Source: Bdellovibrionota bacterium
Lineage (GTDB): Bacteria > Bdellovibrionota_C > UBA2361 > JAAYZI01
DNA: 26,393 nucleotides
Direction of reading: 5' to 3'
Assembly (NCBI GenBank): GCA_050950765.1
Contig: JBMNIF010000004.1
Location: forward strand, 1 to 26,393
A program made the position numbers and the translations under genes. Shown in pieces: positions 1 to 9,064 of this stretch (positions are counted from its first letter, which is position 1; every line of letters starts with the position of its first letter). The notes under the pieces are model-generated. The model was not told the DNA's origin, searched no databases, and worked only from the letters and a program-made list of their open reading frames with translations.

Positions 1-293
1 GGGGAGGGGAGGAAGAGGTTCACCTTTTTTTTCCTCCTCCCTACCTCCCTAAGAAGAGAGAGGAGAGTGTTGCACAACTAAGGAAGTTCATAACTTTTCC
101 CCCTTCCTATCGAAAAAAACAGAGAAAAAATTAAATACTTATCCTCCTAACTTCTACGAAAATTACGTAATTATAAAGAGAAATTTTTTTTAGTAAAAAA
201 AGCTAAAGCTTCTTTTCTTTTATACCGAAGGATCTCACTGTGGGAGCGCGTGAGAGATAGATAAGGTTTTCTATAATTTTTTAAGGAGCCCAT

Positions 294-611
294 ATGGCTG
301 GTAGTAAAAAAGGTATTTACTCTAATCGTCGGGAATGCGGTGCGACAGCTGTTGAGTATGCTATTGGAGCTGCCTGCATCTTGGTTATAGTTGCTACAGG
401 GGTTGTCTCCTTAGGTAACTCCATAAAGGGTATCTTTTGTGCCATCGGCACAAAAGTTAGTGGCACTACCTCAGAGTTTTGTGCAGCAAGCTCTCCTTCT
501 ACCTCTCAGCCAGGATGTAGCGGAGGTTTACGTGACGAGAGCTGTGAAATAGTCGACGGCGATACTAGTAACGCCGAAGGTGATTATGATGAAGAGCCGT
601 GGTTTGAATAA
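294..611 (+). CDS. Flp/Tad-type (type IVb/c) prepilin with an extended Cys-containing, acidic C-terminus
   Basis: Basic leader followed by G|ATAVEYA, matching the Flp prepilin cleavage motif G|xxxxEY. A hydrophobic helix and LGNSIKGIF follow. SD-like AAGGAG lies just upstream of the ATG. Confidence 0.8.
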   Translation: MAGSKKGIYSNRRECGATAVEYAIGAACILVIVATGVVSLGNSIKGIFCAIGTKVSGTTSEFCAASSPSTSQPGCSGGLRDESCEIVDGDTSNAEGDYDEEPWFE

Positions 612-828
612 GCGAGAATAGATCATCAACTGCTCTAGCTAGTGTAACCTTCCTTCCCCAGCTTCAGAGTGAGGAGACTTTCTGATGTTTTTTTAAAAAA
701 ATTCTCCTTACATTTCACCATTAACTTTATTGATAGAGAAGTTAAGGTAAAAAACTTAGAAAAAACTCGGGAGTCAGAAAAAGGTTAACTCCCTTAATTA
801 AGAAAATCTTATTTTAATAGAGGAAAGT

Positions 829-1842
829 TTAGTGATCGGAGTGAGAGAAGATCAGATCGGCTATCGTTCTGCAAAGAGGATCTAGCCCCTGCCCTGAGAT
901 GCTGGAGATGGCAGAGGCGGGGATGTTTAACTTTTTAAACTCTAAAATTGCACCCTCTACTATCTCTGAAGTTACCGCATCACATTTTGTCAACACAACG
1001 AGTTCGTGTCTTGAAGCGAGGTCTTCAGAGAATGCTGCTAACTCAAAACGGATAGAATTGTATGCGTCGATTAAAAGGGAGAAATCACCGTTTACTGCTG
1101 GAGTTATATCAATAAGGTGCACAAGAGCTTTGGTCCTCTCAACGTGCTTCAAAAACCTAATACCTAAGCCTTTCCCTCGATGCGCATCGGGGATAAGTCC
1201 TGGAATATCAGCTACAACAAAGGTGCGCTCTTCAAGTTTTACAACACCTAAGTTCGGAATAAGAGTTGTAAAGGGATAATCAGCGATCTTCGGCTTGGCA
1301 GCAGAGATGCGAGAAATTAAGGTCGATTTTCCAGCATTGGGAAGCCCGATCAATCCAACATCCGCGACAAGTTTAAGAGATAATAAAAAGGTGCCACCTT
1401 CGCCGAGCTCTCCTGGTTGAAAGTATTCGGGCGTTCTATTAGTAGCAGATTTAAAGGCGGCATTGCCCAACCCGCCACGTCCACCACGAGCAATAACGTA
1501 GCGTTGTCCTGCCTCCGAAAGATCAGCCAAGAGCTCTTCCGTTTCAGGGGTTAAGACCTGCGTTCCGACAGGAACCTTTATAATGAGATCAGAACCGGCA
1601 CGACCATCTTTACGTGCACCTTGACCTGGATCGCCGTTTTCAGCTTTCCATTTCGGCTTGTACTTAAAATCAAGAAGCGTCTGAATATTTTCATCCGCTA
1701 CCAAGATCACGGATCCACCGAGCCCGCCATTCCCACCATCGGGACCGCCATACGGTACATACTTCTCCCGACGGAAATGTTTACACCCGCTTCCTCCGTG
1801 ACCGGCCTGTACCTCTATGGTGGCTTCGTCGATGAACTTCAA
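829..1842 (-). CDS. obgE: GTPase Obg/CgtA (short form without the C-terminal OCT domain; TTG start)
   Basis: MKFIDEA start, Gly-rich Obg fold (FRREKYVPYGGPDGGNGG), G1 GLPNAGKS, G2 YPFTT, G3 DIPG, G4 TKCD. Canonical position after rplU-rpmA. Confidence 0.98.
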   Translation of the reverse strand: MKFIDEATIEVQAGHGGSGCKHFRREKYVPYGGPDGGNGGLGGSVILVADENIQTLLDFKYKPKWKAENGDPGQGARKDGRAGSDLIIKVPVGTQVLTPETEELLADLSEAGQRYVIARGGRGGLGNAAFKSATNRTPEYFQPGELGEGGTFLLSLKLVADVGLIGLPNAGKSTLISRISAAKPKIADYPFTTLIPNLGVVKLEERTFVVADIPGLIPDAHRGKGLGIRFLKHVERTKALVHLIDITPAVNGDFSLLIDAYNSIRFELAAFSEDLASRHELVVLTKCDAVTSEIVEGAILEFKKLNIPASAISSISGQGLDPLCRTIADLIFSHSDH

Positions 1843-1856
1843 GTTAATAACTGCTG

Positions 1857-2147
1857 TTAATTACTCTCTTCGACTGCAGCCGTTTCAATGACTGTTTCTT
1901 TATGCGGAATTACGTTGATTACGTGACGGTGTCCTTTTTTGAATTCAACAACACCATCAGCTTTCGCGAAAAGGGTAAAGTCACTACCAACTCCGACGTT
2001 TAATCCTGGATGGAAGGTTGAGCCTCTTTGGCGTACTAAAATATTACCTGCGAGAACCTTTTCGCCACCATATTTTTTAACGCCGAGTCTTTTACCTATA
2101 CTATCGCGACCGTTACGAGAACTTCCTGCAGCTTTCTTATGAGCCAT
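1857..2147 (-). CDS. rpmA: 50S ribosomal protein bL27
   Basis: [22 protein letters not shown] and GNILVRQRG signatures. Confidence 0.99.
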   Translation of the reverse strand: MAHKKAAGSSRNGRDSIGKRLGVKKYGGEKVLAGNILVRQRGSTFHPGLNVGVGSDFTLFAKADGVVEFKKGHRHVINVIPHKETVIETAAVEESN

Positions 2148-2238
2148 CTCTACACCTTGTTGTAAGTTAGTAAATTAAATTAATAAATCAATAATTGTAA
2201 CAATCAAAAGTAAAGTACCACTAGCAAAGCGAGCACCA

Positions 2239-2574
2239 CTACTTAGTATTGATCCCTTCAACTAAAAGTTCAGTTAAATCTTGACGATGTCCGATCTTAC
2301 GGCAATAACCTTTACGACGACGACGTTTAAAGGCGACAACCTTTCTCCCTCTGCAGTCTCCAAGTACTTTGAAGTTGACCGTAGCACCTGGAACAAAAGG
2401 GGTGCCGATCGTAAGACCACCCGCACCATCTCCTACGGCGAGAACTTCATTAACTATAAACTCGGAACCGTCCTCATAACCGTTGATGCGGTTAATACGA
2501 ATTCTTTGACCGACACTGACGGTGTACTGTCTGCCACCAGCCTCGATTATTGCATATTGTGATTTTTCTTCCAT
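2239..2574 (-). CDS. rplU: 50S ribosomal protein bL21
   Basis: YAIIEAGGRQY N-terminus, FKRRRRKGY..KIGHRQ C-terminus, synteny with rpmA. Confidence 0.98.
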   Translation of the reverse strand: MEEKSQYAIIEAGGRQYTVSVGQRIRINRINGYEDGSEFIVNEVLAVGDGAGGLTIGTPFVPGATVNFKVLGDCRGRKVVAFKRRRRKGYCRKIGHRQDLTELLVEGINTK

Positions 2575-2911
2575 GACCGACTACTCTTTTTTCAACTGCA
2601 ATCAACAATTGCAGTAAGTTACAGTATAAACAGAAATTACGTTATAAATAAAAAATAGAAAGACTGTGCGATTCAAGACCGTAACACAGTATATCCAAGC
2701 TACGAGGGGGAAGGATATAATCAAATGAGGTAAAAGATCAATGCTTTTAGGGTAATTATATTACGTAAGGGGGTTGTAAATATCGATGGTTTCAGGAAAA
2801 AATATTTTTTGGTATGCTTTTAGTGTGGGAAGGGTCGCCTAAGCTTTTGTTAAGTCTCGATCTCTCTTTAGCTTAGTTGTCTATCTGTGTAATTTAATTT
2901 TAAGGGCATTT

Positions 2912-3604
2912 GTGATGAACGATAAAACCTTCTTAATCGGTATTATCGACGATGATGAGGCTGTCTCCAGAAGTCTTGCTCTAAATTTAGAGCTCGAAAA
3001 GTTTAAAGTTGTTACTGCTCCCGACGGAGAAGCTGGTTTGGATCTGGTTAGAGATAAAAAACCGGATTTAATAGTCCTAGATGTTATGATGCCTAAAAAA
3101 GACGGGTTGCAGGTTTGTAGAGAGCTCCGTAATGAAGGGAATTCAATCCCGATAATTCTTTTAACTGCACGGAGTGAAGAGGTTGATAAGGTGCTTGGAT
3201 TGGAGTTAGGGGCGGATGATTACTTAGAAAAACCTTTCGGAATTAGGGAATTAATCGCTAGGATCCGAGCTGTTTTGCGTAGAACACACCGTGACGTGAC
3301 GGTTGATTCTGTGAGTTTTGGTGATGTTTTAATAGATTTTAAAGCCTATAAGGCGCAAAAAGCTGAAGAAACAGTGGAGCTTTCGGCAAGAGAGTACCGC
3401 TTGTTACAATACCTTGTTGCTAAAAATGGCAATGTAGCGACACGAGATGAGTTGCTGGATGAGGTTTGGGGGTATAATTCCTATCCTTCAACGCGTACCG
3501 TTGATAATCATATTGCTAAATTGAGGCAGAAGATAGAAGTTGATGTTAATCAACCACGCCATATTTTGACAGTGCACGGGGTGGGGTATAAATTCGTAGC
3601 GTAA
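2912..3604 (+). CDS. OmpR/PhoB-family DNA-binding response regulator
   Basis: Receiver domain (IIDDD, VLDVMMP phospho-Asp, LLTA, GADDYLEKPF) plus winged helix (RTVDNHIAKLRQK, TVHGVGYKF). Confidence 0.96.
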   Translation: MMNDKTFLIGIIDDDEAVSRSLALNLELEKFKVVTAPDGEAGLDLVRDKKPDLIVLDVMMPKKDGLQVCRELRNEGNSIPIILLTARSEEVDKVLGLELGADDYLEKPFGIRELIARIRAVLRRTHRDVTVDSVSFGDVLIDFKAYKAQKAEETVELSAREYRLLQYLVAKNGNVATRDELLDEVWGYNSYPSTRTVDNHIAKLRQKIEVDVNQPRHILTVHGVGYKFVA

Positions 3605-3818
3605 CGAGGATTACGAAAAAATATTAGAAAAAACTGCATAATTGCTACATATTGTTGTATAATGAGGTGAATATATCTCGTGTTGATGTGTATACAGTGG
3701 TAGATTGCTTTTATTTTTTAAGAAAAAAGTCCCAATTATTTATTTTATCTCACTTTCGGTCGATATGTTGCCATGTCGGTATCGCGTGGTGATGTCTCCG
3801 AATTATTAAGGGGGGAAA

Positions 3819-4601
3819 ATGTTTAGAAGTTTGTTTAAAATATTCATTCTTGCAGCTTGTTTGCTAAGTATCTGTGTATCTGTTCAAGCTGAAGATTCAA
3901 ATAATGTGTATCCGTATGTGATTAACGGAGAGCGCGCACCCGCTAGGAGAGCCCCGATAGCCAAAATTACATGGACTACAAATATTGGTGGGAAAAAGTA
4001 TAAATACTTATGTTCAGGTACATTGATAGCTAAGAAGCAGGTCTTATCTGCTGCTCATTGTGTAACCGCTAAGCCCAAAAATTATAGAATTGTTCTCGGA
4101 GGAAAGACTTATAGATTACGTAGGATCAGAAAACATCCTAACTATGTAGCGAGACCTGGTGGCGGAAATGATGTTGCTATTTTTACCTTGCGTAATCCTG
4201 TTGCTGGGATTGCCCCGCAACCTATCGTCTCTCGTGATACTTATCCTGTCTCTATTGGAAATTTAATCGCAATTTATGGTTATGGAAAAACTGAAAAAGG
4301 AACAAGCGGAAGGTTGTACGGAGGCTTTTCAGTAGTTGGAGTCGTTTATGACGAATTTATAGGGTCATATTTTTATTCATACGATGTGTCTTCGGTCTGC
4401 TCTGGAGATTCCGGTGGTCCCGCCTTTTTAGTAGGCCTTGATGGAGCTGGGAAATATCAACCGATCGGTTTAGTTGGTGCCACCTCATGGGGAACAACAA
4501 ATACCTGCGGTATCGGTACGGAAACTTACTTTACTAACTTACAAACGCCGACTGTCTTCAACTTTATAAGGAAAAGGGTGCCTAAGGTTAAGGTGCGCTA
4601 A
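3819..4601 (+). CDS. Secreted chymotrypsin/trypsin-fold (S1) serine protease
   Basis: Signal peptide ending VQA, activation-like VINGE, catalytic triad motifs LSAAHC, NDVAIF and GDSGGP, and SWG. Confidence 0.93.
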   Translation: MFRSLFKIFILAACLLSICVSVQAEDSNNVYPYVINGERAPARRAPIAKITWTTNIGGKKYKYLCSGTLIAKKQVLSAAHCVTAKPKNYRIVLGGKTYRLRRIRKHPNYVARPGGGNDVAIFTLRNPVAGIAPQPIVSRDTYPVSIGNLIAIYGYGKTEKGTSGRLYGGFSVVGVVYDEFIGSYFYSYDVSSVCSGDSGGPAFLVGLDGAGKYQPIGLVGATSWGTTNTCGIGTETYFTNLQTPTVFNFIRKRVPKVKVR

Positions 4602-4762
4602 AAGTAAAAAAAACGCTAAACTAGAGTGTTTTTAGTGGGGAATTGCTCAATATCTTAATTTACGATCGCTGCTAAAAATATAAGGTAAAAAAACATTAAG
4701 TAAGATGTTTTTAGTGTTAGTGAGGGATTAACTCGAGATCCCTCATTTAATCGCTCCTAAAA
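4598..4762. repeat. Left part of a degenerate ~80-bp tandem repeat array (units start at 4598, 4672 and 4757)
   Basis: Recurring CTAAAA..GTAAAAAAACGCTAAACTAGAGTGTTTTTAGTGGGG..TTAATTTACGATCGCT. The third unit is interrupted by the IS. Confidence 0.85.
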
Positions 4763-4847
4763 CCTAAATTCCTGAGTTTCCATAGTATACCTAGTTAAAA
4801 AAGTCTGTAAAACAAGAGATTTTAAGCATTTATTTGATTTTAATCTC

Positions 4848-4896
4848 TTGCTTTTTTTCTTTTTGTATACTATAATGGTAGTATACAAGGAGGTGG
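4848..4896 (+). promoter_or_regulatory. Sigma70-type promoter and RBS of the transposase, overlapped by a 10-bp inverted repeat
   Basis: TTGCTT (4848-4853), 17-bp spacer, TATAAT (4871-4876). Inverted repeat TTGTATACTA/TAGTATACAA at 4863-4888. SD AAGGAGGTG before ATG 4901. Confidence 0.7.
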
Positions 4897-4900
4897 TTTT

Positions 4901-6460
4901 ATGCCAAAAAAAATGGTTCCATTACCAAAAAAAAGAATAACTTATAAAAAAGGAAAGGGAGATACGAGGTACGTTTACTACACTCTCAGGGCTTATCGAA
5001 ACAAAAAAGGTCAGCCTACTTCAGATGAAAAAAGTATTGGGAAACTTGACAACGCAACGGGAATGCTCATCCCAAACAGGAACTATTATGATCTATTCCC
5101 AGAGCATGCTCCAGAGAAAATAGTCCAATCTGTTGGCTATATTTCGAGCTTTATGGAAATTGCTCAAAAGTTAAGTTTAACCAATCTCTTGGTAAATACT
5201 ATGGGTCAAGAGAGAGCAAAGGCGGCTCTCTCTTTAGCTTCTTATATGTTAAGTCAGGGCAATGTCATGATGGATTACCCTAATTGGGCGCAAAGTAATT
5301 ATCATGAAGACTTAATTCCCCTAAGTTCTCAAGCAATCAGTGAGTTCTTTGCTTCCATTACTGAGGAGGAGCGTATTCGTTTTTTTGAGAAATGGACAAA
5401 TTACAATAAAACAGATGGTTATGTCGCTTATGATGTCACATCCATCTCTTCTTATAGCAACGATATGCATTTGGTTGAATGGGGATATAATCGTGATGAT
5501 GACAATTTGGCTCAAATTAACTTAGGAATGTACTATGGAGAAGATGTAAGGTTGCCCTTATTTTACAAGATTTATCCTGGAAGTATCGTTGATAAATCTT
5601 ACTTTGAGTCAATCCTTGCCTACAGTCGGCACTTCGGTTTAAAGAACCTACGGATTGTTATAGATCAAGGGCTATTGTCTCCAAAGAACTTTAAGATGGT
5701 TTGCGATGCGGGCTACAAAGCATTATCCCTATTGTCAAAAAACTACAAGCTCTACAAAGAACTGATTGAGAAGACTATTAAGAAGCCTTTTTCTTCTAGG
5801 GAATTCATAAGCTCTGTTGATATTTATGCTAGGAGTTATACAGCAAACTATGAGGGCATTCCAGTTAAAGTCCACATGTACTACAACTCTGAAAAGGCTA
5901 GGTTGGATGAAAAAGCATTGTATGCTGACATTAAACGAAAAAAAGAGGCATTAGACTTAATCGTAAAACAAAAGAAGCTTAAACCAAGTCAAACTAAATA
6001 TTTCAAAATACATCAGGATGGAAAAGCCGATATTAGCTACGAGATGGACTATGATGCTATTGATGAATACAAATCAAAGCTTGGTTATTTTGCGCTCATA
6101 TCAACGGACATAAGTTTATCAGCTGAAGAAACCCTGACCATTTACCGTGAAAAAGATGTTATTGAAAAAGCATTTGACCAATTAAAAAATGGCATGGACT
6201 ATCGTCGTATGCGCACACATTATGTACAAACAACAGAAGGAAAAACATTTGTAGTCTTTATTAGCCTTATTGTGAGAAGCGTCATGCTTAAAAAGCTCAA
6301 AGAAGATGAAGAAACTTCAAACTTGACAATAAAACAAGCAATTAAGCAATTAGAAAACATATGCGAACTTCATTCTGAAGGGAAAAGAGATTTACTGACC
6401 ATATCCAAGATGCAAAGAAACATTTTAAAAGCCATAGGAGTGGAACAATTCAAAAAATAA
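4901..6460 (+). CDS. IS1634-family DDE transposase
   Basis: YDVTSISSYS, WGYNRD..LAQIN, YPGSIVD, VIDQG and YREKDVIEKAFDQLKN (Y-x2-R/K-x3-E-x6-K-like) motifs, about 520 aa. Confidence 0.92.
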   Translation: MPKKMVPLPKKRITYKKGKGDTRYVYYTLRAYRNKKGQPTSDEKSIGKLDNATGMLIPNRNYYDLFPEHAPEKIVQSVGYISSFMEIAQKLSLTNLLVNTMGQERAKAALSLASYMLSQGNVMMDYPNWAQSNYHEDLIPLSSQAISEFFASITEEERIRFFEKWTNYNKTDGYVAYDVTSISSYSNDMHLVEWGYNRDDDNLAQINLGMYYGEDVRLPLFYKIYPGSIVDKSYFESILAYSRHFGLKNLRIVIDQGLLSPKNFKMVCDAGYKALSLLSKNYKLYKELIEKTIKKPFSSREFISSVDIYARSYTANYEGIPVKVHMYYNSEKARLDEKALYADIKRKKEALDLIVKQKKLKPSQTKYFKIHQDGKADISYEMDYDAIDEYKSKLGYFALISTDISLSAEETLTIYREKDVIEKAFDQLKNGMDYRRMRTHYVQTTEGKTFVVFISLIVRSVMLKKLKEDEETSNLTIKQAIKQLENICELHSEGKRDLLTISKMQRNILKAIGVEQFKK

Positions 6461-6527
6461 AAATCGTATCATTACTACGAAGAATGAAGATGTAGGCACG
6501 TATACTATAATTTTACGGAAATTTAGG

Positions 6528-6731
6528 CTAAAAGTATTAGGTAAAAAAACGCTAAACTAGAGTGTTTTCAGTGGGGAATTGCTCAATATATTAATTTACC
6601 GATCGCTGCTAAAAGTATTAGGTAAAAAAACGCTAAATTGAAGTGTTTTTAGTGGGGATTACTTAATATCTTAATTTACGATCGCTCCTAAAAATATAAG
6701 GTAAAAGATATTTAATAAAATGTTTTTTACC
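6528..6731. repeat. Right part of the same ~80-bp tandem repeat array (units at 6528 and 6609, partial unit at 6688)
   Basis: CTAAAAGTATTAGGTAAAAAAACGCTAAA repeated at 6528 and 6609. CTAAAAATATAAGGTAAAA at 6688 matches 4672. Confidence 0.88.
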
Positions 6732-6776
6732 TTTGTAGAGTTGTGCCGTAGCTTAGCTGTGTTACACTGCACAGCT

Positions 6777-8168
6777 ATGTATAATACAAAACTTTATTTT
6801 CATTTTGTCGGTATCGGTGGTGTCGGAATGTCGGGAATTGCGGAGATCTTAATAGATCTCGGATTTCGCATCTCCGGATCAGATCTTAAGTGTGGAGACT
6901 CCTGTAAAAGATTACAACGTTTAGGAGCCTTGATTAAGGAGGGGCATGCCGCTCAGAACTTACCTGAAGATTGTAGCCTCGTTGTTTATTCTTCTGCTGT
7001 GCAGCAAGACAATCCAGAATTGGTAGAAGCGAAACGGAGAGGTCTCCCAATTGTGCGCCGAGCTGAAGTTTTAGCAGAGTTGATGCGGCTTAAGTACGGC
7101 GTTGCCGTAGCTGGGTCTCACGGTAAAACCAGCACAACCGAGATGGTTGGTAACGTCTTAGAAGAGGGCGAGCTGGATCCTACGGTTATTATCGGGGGAC
7201 GTGTAAAATCAAAAGGAACGGGGAGTCGTTTCGGACACGGTAATTACCTCGTTGCTGAAAGTGATGAATCAGATCGTAGCTTTTTACTCTTAAAACCGAC
7301 CATAGCGATCGTGACTAACATTGATGCCGAACACCTTACGGCGTATCAATCGATATCGGATCTCGAACAATCCTTTGCTCAATTCGTGAACGCTACCCCT
7401 TTTTACGGTTTGGCGATTTTGTGTATCGATGATCAGAGGGTGCGATCTTTAGCGGTAAATTATGAGGGAAGGAAGGTGTGTTATGGCTTCTCTCTTGATG
7501 CGGATTTAAGAGCGGAAAATATTGAGTTTGATAAATGGAGCACCTCTTATGATGTGATCTTTCACTCGGAAAAGATTGCGCATGTGAAGTTACACCTCCC
7601 CGGTAAACATTTTGTATTAAACTCTCTGGCAGCGTTTGCTACGGGGCTTGAGTTCGGTGTGCCTGTACAGAAAATAGTTACCGCTTTGGAAAAGGTGCAG
7701 GGTGTGCAACGACGCTTGGAGAAGATCGGAGTTGAAAGTGGTGTGACAGTTATTAGCGATTATGCGCATCATCCGACAGAGATAAAGGCGAGTTTAAAGG
7801 CGTTGCGTGAAGGGTGGGGAAGTGACGTTAGGAAGATACATGTTGTCTTTGAACCGCACCGCTATTCGCGCTTACGCGATTGTTTTATCGAATTTATTGA
7901 TGCTTTTACTGATTGTGACAGATTGATAGTTACTGATGTTTATGCTGCAGGAGAAGAGCCATTAGAAGGGGTTTCTGCGGAAAGTTTGTGTAGTGCTATC
8001 TCAAGACCGTTACAACGTCACTACATCCCACACTTTCAAGGTGTCATGCCTGTGCTAAAAGAAGATTTAAGCGCAGGAGATATCGTTGTTTGCATGGGAG
8101 CGGGGGCGGTTGGTGCTTATGCCTACGATGTGTTGGAGATGCTAAAACTTAAGGATAGGGCTGCTTAG
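6777..8168 (+). CDS. murC: UDP-N-acetylmuramate--L-alanine ligase (ORF open from 6720; ATG 6777 is the likely start)
   Basis: HFVGIGGVGMSGIA, RRAEVLAELMR, GSHGKTST, AESDESDRSF, DYAHHPTE and FEPHRYSR motifs. Confidence 0.98.
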   Translation: MYNTKLYFHFVGIGGVGMSGIAEILIDLGFRISGSDLKCGDSCKRLQRLGALIKEGHAAQNLPEDCSLVVYSSAVQQDNPELVEAKRRGLPIVRRAEVLAELMRLKYGVAVAGSHGKTSTTEMVGNVLEEGELDPTVIIGGRVKSKGTGSRFGHGNYLVAESDESDRSFLLLKPTIAIVTNIDAEHLTAYQSISDLEQSFAQFVNATPFYGLAILCIDDQRVRSLAVNYEGRKVCYGFSLDADLRAENIEFDKWSTSYDVIFHSEKIAHVKLHLPGKHFVLNSLAAFATGLEFGVPVQKIVTALEKVQGVQRRLEKIGVESGVTVISDYAHHPTEIKASLKALREGWGSDVRKIHVVFEPHRYSRLRDCFIEFIDAFTDCDRLIVTDVYAAGEEPLEGVSAESLCSAISRPLQRHYIPHFQGVMPVLKEDLSAGDIVVCMGAGAVGAYAYDVLEMLKLKDRAA

Positions 8169-9064
8169 TGTCGAATGAGAGGGGTGCTGAAACCGTTTTA
8201 AATCTTAAGATCGATAAGGTTCTCGGATCTGATTGCAGTACTTTCGCTATCGGTGGAGTTTTAGAGAGCCTCGTCACCGTTGAATCAGAGGCAGATCTAG
8301 CGGCGTTTCTCTCTTATTCTTTTTACAATAAACTTTCTTATGGCGTGCTTGGAAACGGTAGTAATATCCTCTTTCCTGATGCGGGTCTGCACTACCCGTT
8401 AATCAAGCTAGGAGGAGGATTTTCGTACGTTTCAGAGATCGGAGCAGATGAGTTTGAGGTTGGCGCAGGGTATAGCTTGATAGCGCTTTCTGCTAAACTT
8501 TCAAAGGTGGGATTTAGCGGCTTAGAGTTTGCGTGTGGCATTCCTGCTTCTGTTGGTGGTGGTGTTTTTATGAATGCAGGGGCTTTTGGCGGCTCCCTCT
8601 CTGATATTATTTTGTGGGTGGATATAATTGAAGCAACGGGAGAGAAACGACGTCTTGCCCCTTCTGAAATGCAATTTGCTTATCGTAGATCGGTTATCCC
8701 TACTGGAAGTGTGATAATAGCGGTTGGAATAAAATTAAAGAAAGATGATCGTGATCAGATAGAGGCGCGACGTTTAAATTTTATGAGTGAAAGAAGGGCT
8801 AAGCAGCCCCTTGAATACCCCTCTGCTGGTTCTATTTTTAAAAATCCTGCTGGTGAAAAGTCCGCAGGTTATCTGTTGGAAGAGGTGCATTTAAAGGGAT
8901 ATACTGTAGGTGGTGCTATGTTTTCTGAAAAACATGCTAACTGGATCGTAAATATTAACAGGGAAGCCACAGCTGCTGATGTTAAAGCGTTAATTTTAGA
9001 AGCACAAAAGCGAGTGCGTGCTGCTTGTGGTATTGAACTAAAAACGGAGCTAAAGATCTTATAA
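8168..9064 (+). CDS. murB: UDP-N-acetylenolpyruvoylglucosamine reductase
   Basis: GNGSNIL, GLEFACGIPASVGG..MNAGA, QPLEYPSAGSIFKNP and SEKHANWIVN motifs. Overlaps the murC stop. Confidence 0.97.
   Translation: MSNERGAETVLNLKIDKVLGSDCSTFAIGGVLESLVTVESEADLAAFLSYSFYNKLSYGVLGNGSNILFPDAGLHYPLIKLGGGFSYVSEIGADEFEVGAGYSLIALSAKLSKVGFSGLEFACGIPASVGGGVFMNAGAFGGSLSDIILWVDIIEATGEKRRLAPSEMQFAYRRSVIPTGSVIIAVGIKLKKDDRDQIEARRLNFMSERRAKQPLEYPSAGSIFKNPAGEKSAGYLLEEVHLKGYTVGGAMFSEKHANWIVNINREATAADVKALILEAQKRVRAACGIELKTELKIL

Larger units (their letters stand above)
4763..6527 (+). mobile_element. IS1634-family insertion sequence, 1765 bp, apparently complete
   Basis: IRL 4763-4790 CCTAAATTCCTGAGTTTCCATAGTATAC versus reverse complement of IRR 6500-6527 CCTAAATTTCCGTAAAATTATAGTATAC (19/28 identical, both ends conserved). 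6-bp direct repeat CTAAAA at 4757-4762 and 6528-6533. Single transposase ORF. Confidence 0.92.

Noticed and set aside
899..2562. Plus-strand ORFs 899-1279, 1621-1860, 1939-2142 and 2281-2562
   Set aside because: Antisense shadows of obg, rpmA and rplU with no recognisable motifs.
4598..6731. 80-bp array as a CRISPR
   Set aside because: Whole units are similar along their length, so there are no unique spacers.
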